DNA of 64,000 nucleotides from Candidatus Hydrogenedentota bacterium (GTDB lineage: Bacteria; Hydrogenedentota; Hydrogenedentia; Hydrogenedentales; SLHB01): NCBI GenBank assembly GCA_034408725.1, contig JAWXCN010000152.1, forward strand, positions 1 through 64,000, in the 5' to 3' direction. Within the stretch, counting starts at the first letter, position 1. Every line of letters begins with the position of its first letter. The position numbers and the translations under genes were made by a program. Under the pieces are notes generated by a model, which had not been told where the DNA came from, did not search any database, and saw only the letters and a program-made list of their open reading frames with translations. Positions 27,051 through 37,196 of the stretch are shown piece after piece.

Positions 27051-28382
27051 GTGCGCCGTTTATCATCAATTGTACCGGTACTTCTTAGCGTCGTCGCATT
27101 GCTGATTGGAGGCAGTGTGATGGCCGCGCTCATTCTATTGCGCAAACCACCCGCCGAAGCATCGCCTGAAGACAAAGCCAAATCGATCCGCGTCGAGGCA
27201 GTCGCGGTGCATCCCCAAAGTGTTCCCATTACCATTGTAGGCTTCGGCGAGGTAAAGGCCCTGAACGTTGTCAAGATCGGCCCTGAAGTCAGTGGCCGCA
27301 TCACCGAAATTCATCCCAATTTGCTTGTTGGGGGAATTGTGCCGCAAGGCGAAGCAATGTTCGTCATCGACCCGGAACCGTACCAGGCACGTGTCGAGGA
27401 TGCCCGTGCCCGCGTTTCGCAATTGGAGGGGTCCCTGGCGCGTTTCGAGATGGAGTCGGAAAACGAAAAGGCGCGAATGGCGGCAATGGAACGCTCCCGC
27501 GATCTGGCCGAAGACCAGTACGAACGTCTGAAACAACTTTTGTCGGCCGATAGCGTTGGTACGCAAACCAGTGTTGATGAAGCCGAGCGGATTTATGTAA
27601 ATGCGAAAGACCAAACCGATCAGGTTGAGAATGAACTGACATTGTTTCCATTGCGGATACGCGAAGCAAAGGGCTCGCTGGAGTCGGCCCGGGCGCAGCT
27701 TAATGTCGCAGAGCTTGACCTGAAGCGCACGCGCGTAGATGCGCCGTTCACTGCGCGAGTCGTCACGGTATCCTTGAAAAAGGATCAAGTCATCGCGCCC
27801 GGGTCCCCGGTCGTGACGATTTCCGACGATTCGATCCTCGAGATTAGCGCGCCATTGAACAGTGCTGACGCGCGGGAATGGCTGCGTTTCAACGAGAACC
27901 GGTCTAATCCCGGCGCGGCATGGTTCGCGGACCTCGAAAAGGTTGAATGCCGGGTTCGTTGGACGGACGATCCCGAGGGTCATTGCTGGATTGGCACGCT
28001 GGACCGCGTCGAATCGTTCGATCAGAATTCGAGGACCTTGACTGTCGCTGTGCGCGTAACGGGGGCGCAAGCCCTGGCTGGCACGAAAATGCTTCCCCTG
28101 GTCGAGGGCATGTTTTGTACCGTAGAGATACCGGGCCGCACCTTGGATAATGTGTACGGAATACCGCAACATGCCATCAACAATTTTGACGGCACTGTGT
28201 ATATCGCGGCGGACAATCATCTGAAAACCGTCAGCGTTAAGGTGGCGAGGCGGGAAAAGGACCTTGCCTACATCGCGGAAGGACTCGAACCCGGCCAGCT
28301 TGTGATCACGACTCGGCTCATGAATCCCCTTGAAAACTCGCCGCTCGACGTGGCTATGGAACCGGCGGTGACGACGCCATGA
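27051..28382 (+). CDS. RND efflux periplasmic adaptor (membrane fusion protein)
   Basis: N-terminal TM, PEVSGRI, a long coiled-coil hairpin, RTRVDAPFTARV, LVEGMFCTVEI and GLEPG. GTG 27051 with GAGGG RBS is preferred over ATG 26988, which overlaps the promoter motif. Confidence 0.9.
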   Translation: MRRLSSIVPVLLSVVALLIGGSVMAALILLRKPPAEASPEDKAKSIRVEAVAVHPQSVPITIVGFGEVKALNVVKIGPEVSGRITEIHPNLLVGGIVPQGEAMFVIDPEPYQARVEDARARVSQLEGSLARFEMESENEKARMAAMERSRDLAEDQYERLKQLLSADSVGTQTSVDEAERIYVNAKDQTDQVENELTLFPLRIREAKGSLESARAQLNVAELDLKRTRVDAPFTARVVTVSLKKDQVIAPGSPVVTISDDSILEISAPLNSADAREWLRFNENRSNPGAAWFADLEKVECRVRWTDDPEGHCWIGTLDRVESFDQNSRTLTVAVRVTGAQALAGTKMLPLVEGMFCTVEIPGRTLDNVYGIPQHAINNFDGTVYIAADNHLKTVSVKVARREKDLAYIAEGLEPGQLVITTRLMNPLENSPLDVAMEPAVTTP

Positions 28383-31300
28383 AGGAACTGATTCGCGCGA
28401 TTGTCGCGAACAATGTTTTCGCCAACGTCGTCATGATCCTGGTGATCGTCGTTGGCGTGATTTCGGCCATGAGCATGGTCCGGGAAAGCATGCCCGAGTT
28501 TGATCTCGGCCTGATTGCAATTGAAGTACCTTTCCCAGGCGCCGACCCGGAGGAAGTCGAAGAAGGCATCTGCCGCCGCATCGAAGCCGCAATCGACGGC
28601 ATGGAAGGCGTGAAAGACTACAACACTACGGCGTGGGAAGGGTACGCAAATGTCGAGGTCTGGGCCGAAGACGGGTACGACATTGACGACCTGAAAGATG
28701 CCGTTCGTAATGCGGTCGATTCCATTTCGACGTTTCCCGCGCGCGCGGAACAACCGGTCGTGTATGAAGTGCGGGACAGCGATGAAACCATCCACCTCGC
28801 GCTGTGGGGAGACCTTCCGGAACGCCAGTTGAAGGAATGGGCTGAGAACGTCAGGGACGATCTTCAGCGCCTTCCCCACATTTCGCGCGTTGAAGTCTAT
28901 GGTGCGCGCACGTATGAAATCAGCATCGAGGTTTCCAAGGAACGGCTCTGGGAATACGGACTCACTCTGGATGAAGTGACACAGGCGGTCTTTCAGGGAA
29001 GCCTGAACCTTCCCGCCGGCACGATCCGCACCGAGGGCGAAGAAATCCGCATCCGTACCATCGGGCGAAAGTACAATGGACGCGATTTCGCTTCCGTCGT
29101 GATTAAATCATCGCCCAATGGAGAAGTGATCACTCTCGACAAGGTCGCCGACATTCGTGATGCGTTTACCGAGAACCCGTCGTACTCGACATTTAATAAT
29201 AGCCCCTGCGTGTTGGTTGCGGTGATAAAAGGACGTGGCGAAGATTCTCTGGCACAGTCGCAGGGCGCGCGCGAGTATGCGGCCCAAAAGGCCAAAGACC
29301 TTCCGGAGGGCCTTCACATCACGCCATGTTTCGACGAAAGTGAATTCATCACCGGCCAGATCAGTTTGCTGACGGAGGATGCGGTGTCGGGAATGCTGCT
29401 GGTGGTGCTGACGCTGTGGTTGTTCCTCAATACGCGGCTGAGCTTTTGGATCGCCACCGGAATTCCTGTCTCCTTTTGCGGCGCCATGATTATCCTGTAC
29501 ATGACGGGCATGAGCATCAATCAAATCTCCCTGGTGGGATTCATCGTCGTGCTGGGCATCGTGGTGGATGACGCCATCGTGGTCGGCGAAGCGGTGTATA
29601 CTCACCGCCAGAATGGGCTGGGGCCGCTTGATGCCGCCATCGCCGGCGTGCGCGAAGTGGGCGCGCCAGTATTCGCGGCGATCATGACAATGATTACGGC
29701 ATTTGTGCCGCTTGCGTTTGTCCCAGGAATCATGGGGCAAATTATTAAGGTAATGCCCGTCGTAGTAATTGCAACGATGATCATTTCGACGTTTGAAAGC
29801 CTTTTTCTGCTCCCGACGCACCTCAACCATTTGCCGGACGCCAACGCGCCGAAAAAACTTCGTCCTCGCTGGCAGGAACGGTTAATTGCGTTCCACGCAT
29901 CGTTCGCGAACGGACTTCAATGGTTTGCCGAGCATTGTTACCACCCATTCGCGAAGCTGGCCATCCGATACCGCTACGTCACCTTAAGTTTTGGTGTCAG
30001 CGTCATGCTGGTCGCCGCGGGGCTCGTCGCAGGTGGTCTTGTGCGCGTCATCTTCTGGCCACCGGCTGATGGCGATCATTTGCAGGCATCGGTCGAGTTT
30101 CCGCCGGGCACGCCCGCCGAAGTCACCCGGGACGCCGTCGAACTGACGCGTGACGCCTTTGAACGGGTGGCCGCGCGCACCAAAACGGGAACGGGCGAAC
30201 CGCTGATTCGCAATATATTCACTCGCGTCAATTCGTTTCAGGCCAACCAGGGATACATTAGCGTTGAAATGATTTCCGCCGGCAAACGGAACGTACACTC
30301 GCAGGACTTGTCCGCGGCGTGGCAGGAGGAAGTCGGAATCATTCCGGGCGCCGTGCAGCAGGCCTTCCTCGAGGACCAGATTGGCATGGGCGGGCCGCCA
30401 ATTGAAATTTGGCTCCAGGGAGAGGACCGCGATGCGTTGCGCAGCGCTGCGAATGAATTGAAGAACAAACTCGCCGGATACGACGGCGTGTATCAAATTA
30501 CCGACGATCTTCGGGCCGGTAAAACGGAAATGCAGATTCGCTTGAAGCCTGAAGCGCATCCCTTGGGTTTAACGCTCGACCAGGTCGCGCGGCACTTATA
30601 TTCGGGCTACTACGGCGAGGAAGCGCAACGGTTCCAGCGCGGCCGAGACGACGTGCGGGTGCGCATTCGCTATCCGGAGGAGGAACGCGAAACGCTCGCG
30701 GAACTCGATAAAGTCCGCGTACACACTCCTCTAGGGTACGACGTGCCACTGATGTCGGTGGCGGAGATCACGATGGCGCCAGGTGTATCGAACATCAAGG
30801 GAAGCAATGGTCTGCGGCGCGTGGCCGTGACCGCGGCGGTTGATTTCAACCGGGCCAACCCGAGCGAGGTGGTGACGGACTTGAGCGCGAACTTCCTCGA
30901 CGGACTGTGCGCGCAATATGGCGACATGTCGTGGACAGTGGAAGGGGTTGAAGAAAGCAACCGTGAGACATTGGCGGGCATTCAACGCGGTTTTGCTATT
31001 GCGGCACTGGGAATCTTTATCATTCTCGCAACGACATTTCGATCCTATCTCCAGCCGGTGATCATCATGTTCATCATTCCATTTGGAATCGTCGGCGCAT
31101 TGTTCGGGCATTTTGCGATGGGCATTCCGCTGACGTTCCTGAGCCTGTTCGGAATTATCGCGCTGGCGGGCATTGTCGTCAACGATTCGATCGTGTTATT
31201 CGAATGCGTGAACGATCTGATTGCCAAGGGCACGCCGTTTTATGAAGCCCTATCGCTTGCCGGCGTGCGGCGGTTCCGCGCGATATTCCTGACCTCGACA

Positions 31301-31582
31301 ACGACATTTATTGGCCTTGGCCCGCTCGTCTGGGAACGTGATCTCCAAGCGCAGGTCGTCATCCCTATGGGCGTTTCCATCGCCGCGGGGTCAGCGTTCG
31401 CAACCGTAGTAACGCTCCTGCTTACCCCCTGTCTCATCGCCATCACGAACGATCTGCGGCGCGCCGCGCATCGCGCGCTGCATGGTGTCTGGCCAACACC
31501 CGAATCGGTTGAGCCTGCGCGGAAACGAAACGAGTCCGCGGAACAACATATACCGGTCCCAACAGTAGCGGAAGCGGTGTAA
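28379..31582 (+). CDS. RND transporter permease (AcrB/AcrD/AcrF family)
   Basis: 1067 aa with FPGADPEEVE, GIVVDDAIVVGE, GIVVNDSIVL and RFRAIFLTSTTT. ATGA overlap with the adaptor gene. Confidence 0.95.
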   Translation: MKELIRAIVANNVFANVVMILVIVVGVISAMSMVRESMPEFDLGLIAIEVPFPGADPEEVEEGICRRIEAAIDGMEGVKDYNTTAWEGYANVEVWAEDGYDIDDLKDAVRNAVDSISTFPARAEQPVVYEVRDSDETIHLALWGDLPERQLKEWAENVRDDLQRLPHISRVEVYGARTYEISIEVSKERLWEYGLTLDEVTQAVFQGSLNLPAGTIRTEGEEIRIRTIGRKYNGRDFASVVIKSSPNGEVITLDKVADIRDAFTENPSYSTFNNSPCVLVAVIKGRGEDSLAQSQGAREYAAQKAKDLPEGLHITPCFDESEFITGQISLLTEDAVSGMLLVVLTLWLFLNTRLSFWIATGIPVSFCGAMIILYMTGMSINQISLVGFIVVLGIVVDDAIVVGEAVYTHRQNGLGPLDAAIAGVREVGAPVFAAIMTMITAFVPLAFVPGIMGQIIKVMPVVVIATMIISTFESLFLLPTHLNHLPDANAPKKLRPRWQERLIAFHASFANGLQWFAEHCYHPFAKLAIRYRYVTLSFGVSVMLVAAGLVAGGLVRVIFWPPADGDHLQASVEFPPGTPAEVTRDAVELTRDAFERVAARTKTGTGEPLIRNIFTRVNSFQANQGYISVEMISAGKRNVHSQDLSAAWQEEVGIIPGAVQQAFLEDQIGMGGPPIEIWLQGEDRDALRSAANELKNKLAGYDGVYQITDDLRAGKTEMQIRLKPEAHPLGLTLDQVARHLYSGYYGEEAQRFQRGRDDVRVRIRYPEEERETLAELDKVRVHTPLGYDVPLMSVAEITMAPGVSNIKGSNGLRRVAVTAAVDFNRANPSEVVTDLSANFLDGLCAQYGDMSWTVEGVEESNRETLAGIQRGFAIAALGIFIILATTFRSYLQPVIIMFIIPFGIVGALFGHFAMGIPLTFLSLFGIIALAGIVVNDSIVLFECVNDLIAKGTPFYEALSLAGVRRFRAIFLTSTTTFIGLGPLVWERDLQAQVVIPMGVSIAAGSAFATVVTLLLTPCLIAITNDLRRAAHRALHGVWPTPESVEPARKRNESAEQHIPVPTVAEAV

Positions 31583-31658
31583 TTCGAGTTCTGCGTGAAC
31601 GAACGGCGATCCGGTATAGTACGATGTCTTTTGGGAACCATACGAAGGGGGTGACGAC

Positions 31659-32072
31659 ATGTTCCGTATTGCATTCGCGGCATTGGCGGCTTTGATCGTT
31701 GCGAGCGGTTGTATTTCGGTGAAAGGAAACGTAAACGTGGAGGAGGAAGTCGCAGGCGCCGGAACGTTAATCCTTCGACACGTGGTGTTCTTCAAGTTCA
31801 AAGACGGCAGCAGCGATGCTGACATCCAACAAGTTCAAACCGCGTTTCTAGATCTCAAAAATGGCATTGATACCGTCCGTCACATCGAAGCCGGAACTAA
31901 TGTTAGCGTCGAGAACCTCAGTGAGGGCTTTACCCACTGCTTCATCGTGACGTTCGACAACGCCGCCGGCCGCGACACCTATCTCACCCATCCTGTTCAC
32001 GACGAATTCGTGAAATTGGCAGGCCCGCATTTAGACAAGGTCTGTGTCATCGATTTTGTGCCTGTTAGGTAG
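31659..32072 (+). CDS. Dabb (stress-responsive alpha/beta barrel) family lipoprotein
   Basis: Lipobox VASGC, RHVVFFKFK, GFTHCFIVTF, YLTHPVH and V.DF. Confidence 0.88.
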   Translation: MFRIAFAALAALIVASGCISVKGNVNVEEEVAGAGTLILRHVVFFKFKDGSSDADIQQVQTAFLDLKNGIDTVRHIEAGTNVSVENLSEGFTHCFIVTFDNAAGRDTYLTHPVHDEFVKLAGPHLDKVCVIDFVPVR

Positions 32073-32392
32073 TTTGACCGGCCACAGTACCCACCGAATT
32101 GGAATTCGGCGCTACGTAACCTCTTGGCTTATTTGAACTAAGGAATTTTGAATATCACAATTCAATAAAATCAATTCCGTAAATCTAATTTAATCCGCTA
32201 ATCACAAAAATTAAGTGCAAAAATCCCGTTTGACGTGTTACAATCCCTCCCTTGACCTGATGACATATGCCTCGACGTTCTGGGGAAGGCTCTTACACGC
32301 CTGTGAACAAGAGGCCCTCGCTTTGGCTTTACCGTGCCGTGCTTTCCATCTCAAGAGGGCGCTTTTGAATTTATAGAACCGGGAGTGCAAGC

Positions 32393-33976
32393 ATGGGAAT
32401 TCAGGCAACATTTCAGCGACGGGTTAGCGAGTATCTTCAGTCCTTGTTCGATGGCGATCCCGAATCGATCCAGAAAAGCCCCCTGTTCGCCGGCATGTCA
32501 CGCCGCGATTTACTGTTTGGCGGCGGGTTGGCCGCGACGGTGTTGGGCGCGAGCGGATGTCCGCCGGCGGACATGGCGATCGAGGCTGCTTCGGAAGACG
32601 ATGCGAAGCACGGCGAGAAAGGCATCGACCCGGTGTTGCGCCGGTTGGTCGAGCGTTGCACGTATGGCGCAAATCAGTACGAGCTGAACCTCGCCAAGCA
32701 GATGGGGTACGATGAGTACCTCGCCTACCAACTTGATTACAACCAAATTGACGATTCCGAAATGGAAGCACGTCTGTCAGGATATCAAAGCCTCCATTAC
32801 TCCGCGAAACAGATGGCGCTCGCGGGCGAGATGGGCAACTACGACGTCTTCTACGAACTGGTGAATTCGACGATCCTGCGCGCGGCGTACAGCAAGCGCC
32901 AACTGTATCAGCGCATGGTGGAATTCTGGACCGACCATTTCAACATCTATATTGAAAAAGATTACATGTACTACCTCAAACCGGTGGACGACCGGGAGGT
33001 CATTCGCAAGCATGCAATGGGAACGTTTCCTGAGTTGCTGTCGGCAAGCGGGCACAGTCCGGCAATGCTGGTCTATCTCGATAACGATCCCAGTTCCAAA
33101 GAGGCGCCGAACCAGAACTACGCGCGCGAGCTTATGGAATTGCACACCCTGGGCGTCGGCAATTTTTCCCAGCAGGACGTGGAAGAGGTCGCGCGATGCT
33201 TCACGGGGTGGTCCCTCGAATACGACTGGGAAAGTCCGTCATGGGGAACGTTCAAGTTTTATGGTTGGGCGCACGATAGAAAAAGGAAAAAGGTGCTCGG
33301 GCACGACGTTCCGAGAAGGGGCGGTGTGGAAGACGGACAAACCGTCTTTGACATATTAAGCAAGAGCGACAGTATCGCGCCAATTTGCGCGCGCTTCATC
33401 GGAAAAAAAATCGCCAATTGGTTGTGGGGTTACGACCCGCCGGAGGCGCTGATTGACAGCATGGCGAAGTCGTATCTGGGCAGTGACGGCAGCATCAAGA
33501 AGATGGTGAAGACCGCGCTCAGCCACGAGTGGTTGAGCCAGGCGCAGCCCAAGCTGAAGCGCCCGTTCCACTACGTCATTTCCTCAATGCGCATGGCGCC
33601 ATCGGATATCCCTGAGTTTTGGGGTGTGCGCTACGCATTGTCGTTGATGGGTCACGAACCATTCCAATGGGCGCCGCCCAATGGCTATCCGGACGCGCTG
33701 CAATTCTGGGGGGGATCGCTGATGCCGCGTTGGCGTTACGGCGCGCTCGTGTACACGCAGAATTACAGTCCGCAATTCGACCTATCGAAGTTTGAAGGCG
33801 AAATCGAACCCCTCCAATTCATGAACCGGCTTAATCGGGATTTCTTCGGCGGAAAAATTTCCGCCACCGACAAAGCGTTGCTGCTGGATTACGTTCAGGA
33901 AAATCCTTACTCCGAATGGCGGCGCAAAGAAGCGTTGGGACTGGCGATTTCCTGTTCCGGTTTTCAATGGTATTAG
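32393..33976 (+). CDS. DUF1800 domain protein (possible Tat lipoprotein)
   Basis: QLYQRMVEFWTDHFN, PAMLVYLDN, NQNYARELMELHTLG, DVEEVARCFTGW, KLKRP and PPNGYPD. N-terminal SRRDLL...ASGC. Confidence 0.92.
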   Translation: MGIQATFQRRVSEYLQSLFDGDPESIQKSPLFAGMSRRDLLFGGGLAATVLGASGCPPADMAIEAASEDDAKHGEKGIDPVLRRLVERCTYGANQYELNLAKQMGYDEYLAYQLDYNQIDDSEMEARLSGYQSLHYSAKQMALAGEMGNYDVFYELVNSTILRAAYSKRQLYQRMVEFWTDHFNIYIEKDYMYYLKPVDDREVIRKHAMGTFPELLSASGHSPAMLVYLDNDPSSKEAPNQNYARELMELHTLGVGNFSQQDVEEVARCFTGWSLEYDWESPSWGTFKFYGWAHDRKRKKVLGHDVPRRGGVEDGQTVFDILSKSDSIAPICARFIGKKIANWLWGYDPPEALIDSMAKSYLGSDGSIKKMVKTALSHEWLSQAQPKLKRPFHYVISSMRMAPSDIPEFWGVRYALSLMGHEPFQWAPPNGYPDALQFWGGSLMPRWRYGALVYTQNYSPQFDLSKFEGEIEPLQFMNRLNRDFFGGKISATDKALLLDYVQENPYSEWRRKEALGLAISCSGFQWY

Positions 33977-33988
33977 GAGAAACCTGCC

Positions 33989-35272
33989 ATGCAAACGTGT
34001 AAGCAGACTGGCTGCGTCGAATACCGGAACCTGACGCGCCGGCAATTCATGGGCGTAAGTGCCGCGACGGCCGCCGTTGTCGGCGCGCCCTTGTGGTTGC
34101 CTCGTGTGGCGTATGCCGGAGCTCCGTCTACCCGCGACGTGCTCATCACAGTATTCCTCCGCGGCGGCGCCGACGGATTGTCCCTTTGCGTGCCGCATGG
34201 CGATGACGGCTACTACGCATTGCGGCCAAACCTGAACATTCCGCGGCCGGACAGCACGAGCGAGTTTGCATGTCTCGACCTTGACGGATTTTTTGGCATC
34301 CCCAAAACGATGCGCGGCATTTGCGACGCGTATGACGACGGCGACCTGCTCTTTGTACACGCCACGGGATCGATTGACGAATCGCGCTCGCATTTTCAGT
34401 CGATGAATGTAATGGAAACGGGCAAGCCGCTGGACCCGACCCTGTTTACCGGCTGGGTTGGCCGTCATCTCATGACCATTGATCCGGTGAATCCGAACGC
34501 AATCCTGCGAGCGGTCGCTATCAACTCGTCGCTTCAACGGTCGCTCGCGGGCAGTCCATTGGCGTTGCCGGTGCCTGATCTCACCAACTTCGGGCTCGAC
34601 GGATGGGACGAGACCATGGACGAGCGGATCGCATTGCTGGGATCATCGTATGCCGCGGGTTCGCCACTACTCCAAACCCACGCGGCAAACACCATCACAA
34701 CAATCGGCATGTTGGAAAATATCGGGTTCGAGAGCTACGCGCCATCGAACAATGCAGAATATCCTGACACGTATTTCGGCACGTCGTTCAAATCAAGCGC
34801 GGCACTGATCAAAGCTGCCATTGGCGTCGAAGCGATCGCGGTCGATATCGGCGGATGGGACACCCACGCGGACCAGCAGCCGCGTCAGGGCTATCTAGCG
34901 GACCTGATGCAGGAATTGGCGGACACGCTTGGCGCGTTTCACGCGGACATGGCCGGGGACGCGAGCAAGAATTATGTGGTGGTGGTCATGTCCGAATTCG
35001 GGCGCATAGCTTACGAGAACGGGACAGCGGGCACCGACCACGGTCATGGCGGCGCGTTGATTTGCATGGGCAACCATATTTCCGGTGGGCGCGTGCTGGC
35101 GAATTGGCCCGGACTCGCCGACGATGAATTGTTCCAGGGACAGGACCTTGCCATTACCATTGATTACCGCGACGTGCTTGCGGAAATTGTCCAAACACGG
35201 CTGGGTAATTCAAATCTCTCCACGGTGTTCCCGGATTACACCCCGGCGTTTCACGGGGTAACGGAGGCGTAG
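33989..35272 (+). CDS. DUF1501 domain protein (DUF1800 partner type, Tat signal)
   Basis: TRRQFM, FLRGGADGLS, RSHF, GGWDTH, SEFGR..ENG..GTDHGHG and IDYRDV. Confidence 0.92.
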   Translation: MQTCKQTGCVEYRNLTRRQFMGVSAATAAVVGAPLWLPRVAYAGAPSTRDVLITVFLRGGADGLSLCVPHGDDGYYALRPNLNIPRPDSTSEFACLDLDGFFGIPKTMRGICDAYDDGDLLFVHATGSIDESRSHFQSMNVMETGKPLDPTLFTGWVGRHLMTIDPVNPNAILRAVAINSSLQRSLAGSPLALPVPDLTNFGLDGWDETMDERIALLGSSYAAGSPLLQTHAANTITTIGMLENIGFESYAPSNNAEYPDTYFGTSFKSSAALIKAAIGVEAIAVDIGGWDTHADQQPRQGYLADLMQELADTLGAFHADMAGDASKNYVVVVMSEFGRIAYENGTAGTDHGHGGALICMGNHISGGRVLANWPGLADDELFQGQDLAITIDYRDVLAEIVQTRLGNSNLSTVFPDYTPAFHGVTEA

Positions 35273-35369
35273 TTTCGCCTGCCACGCCTCCCCCAGGGCA
35301 ATCGCGCTTAAGTCCCGAATAACCCGGCCTGACGCCAACAAAATTGGCGCCGTCGGGGGAACGGCTATG

Positions 35370-35702
35370 CGCGCAGCCAAATGACGTCCGAAATCCGCGC
35401 GGAGCGCCTTGGAGTGCGGCGGCGGGTAGCTGCCGCTTTCTATTTCCTGGGCATGATCGCTTCGTAATTAAGCGTAATTGCGCCTGAGCTTCGATTCGCG
35501 TGTTCCTGAAGTCTTCAAATTTATTCGAGAATTTCGAGTACCCCGAAGTGAAAGCGGCGCTGACACGCCGCAGTCCAAGGCGCTTCGCGCGGCCAGCCGA
35601 CGTCTAAAATCCAGGCGAAGCGCCTTGGAGTGCGGCGGCGGGTAGCTGCCGCTTTCCATTTCCTGGGTGAGTTAGCTTCGCAATTAAGCGCGGTTGCCCT
35701 GA
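35370..35702. repeat. REP/REPIN-like array: about 1.5 tandem copies of a ~216-bp unit with GGAG/GGAC-footed palindromes
   Basis: An identical 38-mer AGCGCCTTGGAGTGCGGCGGCGGGTAGCTGCCGCTTTC occurs at 35403-35440 and 35619-35656. An inverted variant GAAAGCGGCGCTGACACGCCGCAGTCCAAGGCGCT is at 35550-35584. Flanks repeat with the same period (GACGTC at 35383 and 35599). Confidence 0.9.
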
Positions 35703-35858
35703 CGCCTCCCCCTCTCTTAGCGCGCGCTTGGGCGCTGGTGCTATTCTCTTGAACGATCCCAGCGACTGCAGTTTTTGCGGCGCGAAAGATTCTGTCCGCA
35801 ATGCATCAAGCGCTTCGCGCAATTGTTCGTTGGAACTTTCAACAACAAGGATTCTTTT

Positions 35859-36851
35859 ATGGAATACCGCAATGTCGGCGCCTCGGGTCTGGAAGTGTCG
35901 GCGCTTTCATTTGGGTCGTGGGTGACCTTTGGAGATCAGATCGACGAGCAGATTGCCGAAGACTGCATGAAAGCGGCATGGGAAACCGGGGTCAACTATT
36001 TCGACAATGCGGAAGCGTACGCCGGTGGACGGGCTGAGTCCGTGATGGGCAGCGTATTGAAGCGCATGGCTTGGAAGCGGTCCGAAGTGGTGATTTCGAC
36101 GAAAATTTTCTGGGCGGGGAAAGGTCCAAATCAGGTTGGCGTATCGCGCAAGCGGTTGATAGAAGGAACAACGGCAAGCCTTGCGAGACTTCAACTGGAC
36201 TACGTGGACATGCTGCTGTGCCATCGGCCCGACTCCCGGACTCCGATTGAAGAGACGGTCCGTGCGATGAACTATCTGATCAATCAGGGTAAGGCATTGT
36301 ATTGGGGCACGAGTTGGTGGTCCGCGAAGCAATTGCTCTCCGCGTATCACATTGCCCGGCGAGAACGGCTGATTCCGCCTACCGTCGAACAGCCGGAGTA
36401 CAACATGTTTGCACGAGAATGGGTCGAGTCGGAATACGAGGGCCTTTACGATGAGTTGGGACTTGGACTCACGACATGGAGTCCCCTTGCAAGCGGTATG
36501 TTAACGGGAAAGTATAACGAGGGAATACCACCAACTTCCCGCGTGACGCTGAAGGGCTACGAATGGTTGCGCAAGGAATTCGAGTCCGGCGAAGGCAAGG
36601 CGCGAATTGAGAAAGTGAAAAAACTTGCGCCCATTGCAAAATCGCTGAATTGTTCACTTGCTCAACTCGCGCTTGCGTGGTGCGCAAAGAATCCACGCGT
36701 GAGCACCGTTATCACGGGAGCGACACGCCCGGAGCAGGTGGCCGAAAATATGAAAGCAATCGACGTTGTGCCGTTGATCACGCCGCAGGTCATTTTCGAG
36801 ATTGAGAATGTTCTACAGAATAAGCTCGTTCCCGCGAAGACATACCGATAA
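35859..36851 (+). CDS. Aldo/keto reductase (Kv-beta-subunit-like)
   Basis: MEYRNVGASGLEVSALSFGSW, FDNAEAYAGG, STKIFW, LQLDYVD..CHRPD and WSPLASGMLTGKY. Confidence 0.93.
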   Translation: MEYRNVGASGLEVSALSFGSWVTFGDQIDEQIAEDCMKAAWETGVNYFDNAEAYAGGRAESVMGSVLKRMAWKRSEVVISTKIFWAGKGPNQVGVSRKRLIEGTTASLARLQLDYVDMLLCHRPDSRTPIEETVRAMNYLINQGKALYWGTSWWSAKQLLSAYHIARRERLIPPTVEQPEYNMFAREWVESEYEGLYDELGLGLTTWSPLASGMLTGKYNEGIPPTSRVTLKGYEWLRKEFESGEGKARIEKVKKLAPIAKSLNCSLAQLALAWCAKNPRVSTVITGATRPEQVAENMKAIDVVPLITPQVIFEIENVLQNKLVPAKTYR

Positions 36852-37150
36852 AAAAATCCAGATTCTTCCCGTTACGATGAGTATGCACACCCAACGCCGA
36901 CATCAGTATGCAACAAAACTCAGAACGTTTTCGATCAGACGTAGCCGTTGTCGCACCGAAAAGACTAAAAGATGCGCAACATTGGCCTGCCATTTCCTCC
37001 CGGAACGAAGTCTTTAATATCCATTCCGTGTGTAACAGCGCCTGAAACGATCTCGATCTGAGTTTCGTTGTGAGCCGCACGAAAGGTTCGAGCTTTCCGC
37101 GACCGTCATCTTGAACGAATGTGAATGCCTGGTTATTTCCCGTTTGACAC

Positions 37151-37182
37151 AAAGAAAGCCGGCCCCGGATAACCGGGGCCGG
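37151..37182 (-). terminator. Intrinsic terminator of dnaK
   Basis: Perfect 10-bp stem CCGGCCCCGG-N4-CCGGGGCCGG, followed on the minus strand by CTTTCTTT, 15 nt after the stop codon. Confidence 0.85.
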
Positions 37183-37196
37183 GTACTGCTCGTTAT

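Noticed and set aside
35403..35656. Identical 38-bp direct repeats as a possible CRISPR array
   Set aside because: Only two direct copies, 216-bp period, an inverted copy between them, homologous rather than unique spacers, and no cas genes. This fits REP/REPIN.
36790..37152. 120-aa minus-strand ORF downstream of dnaK
   Set aside because: Lies beyond the dnaK terminator, overlaps the convergent AKR gene and has no recognisable motif.
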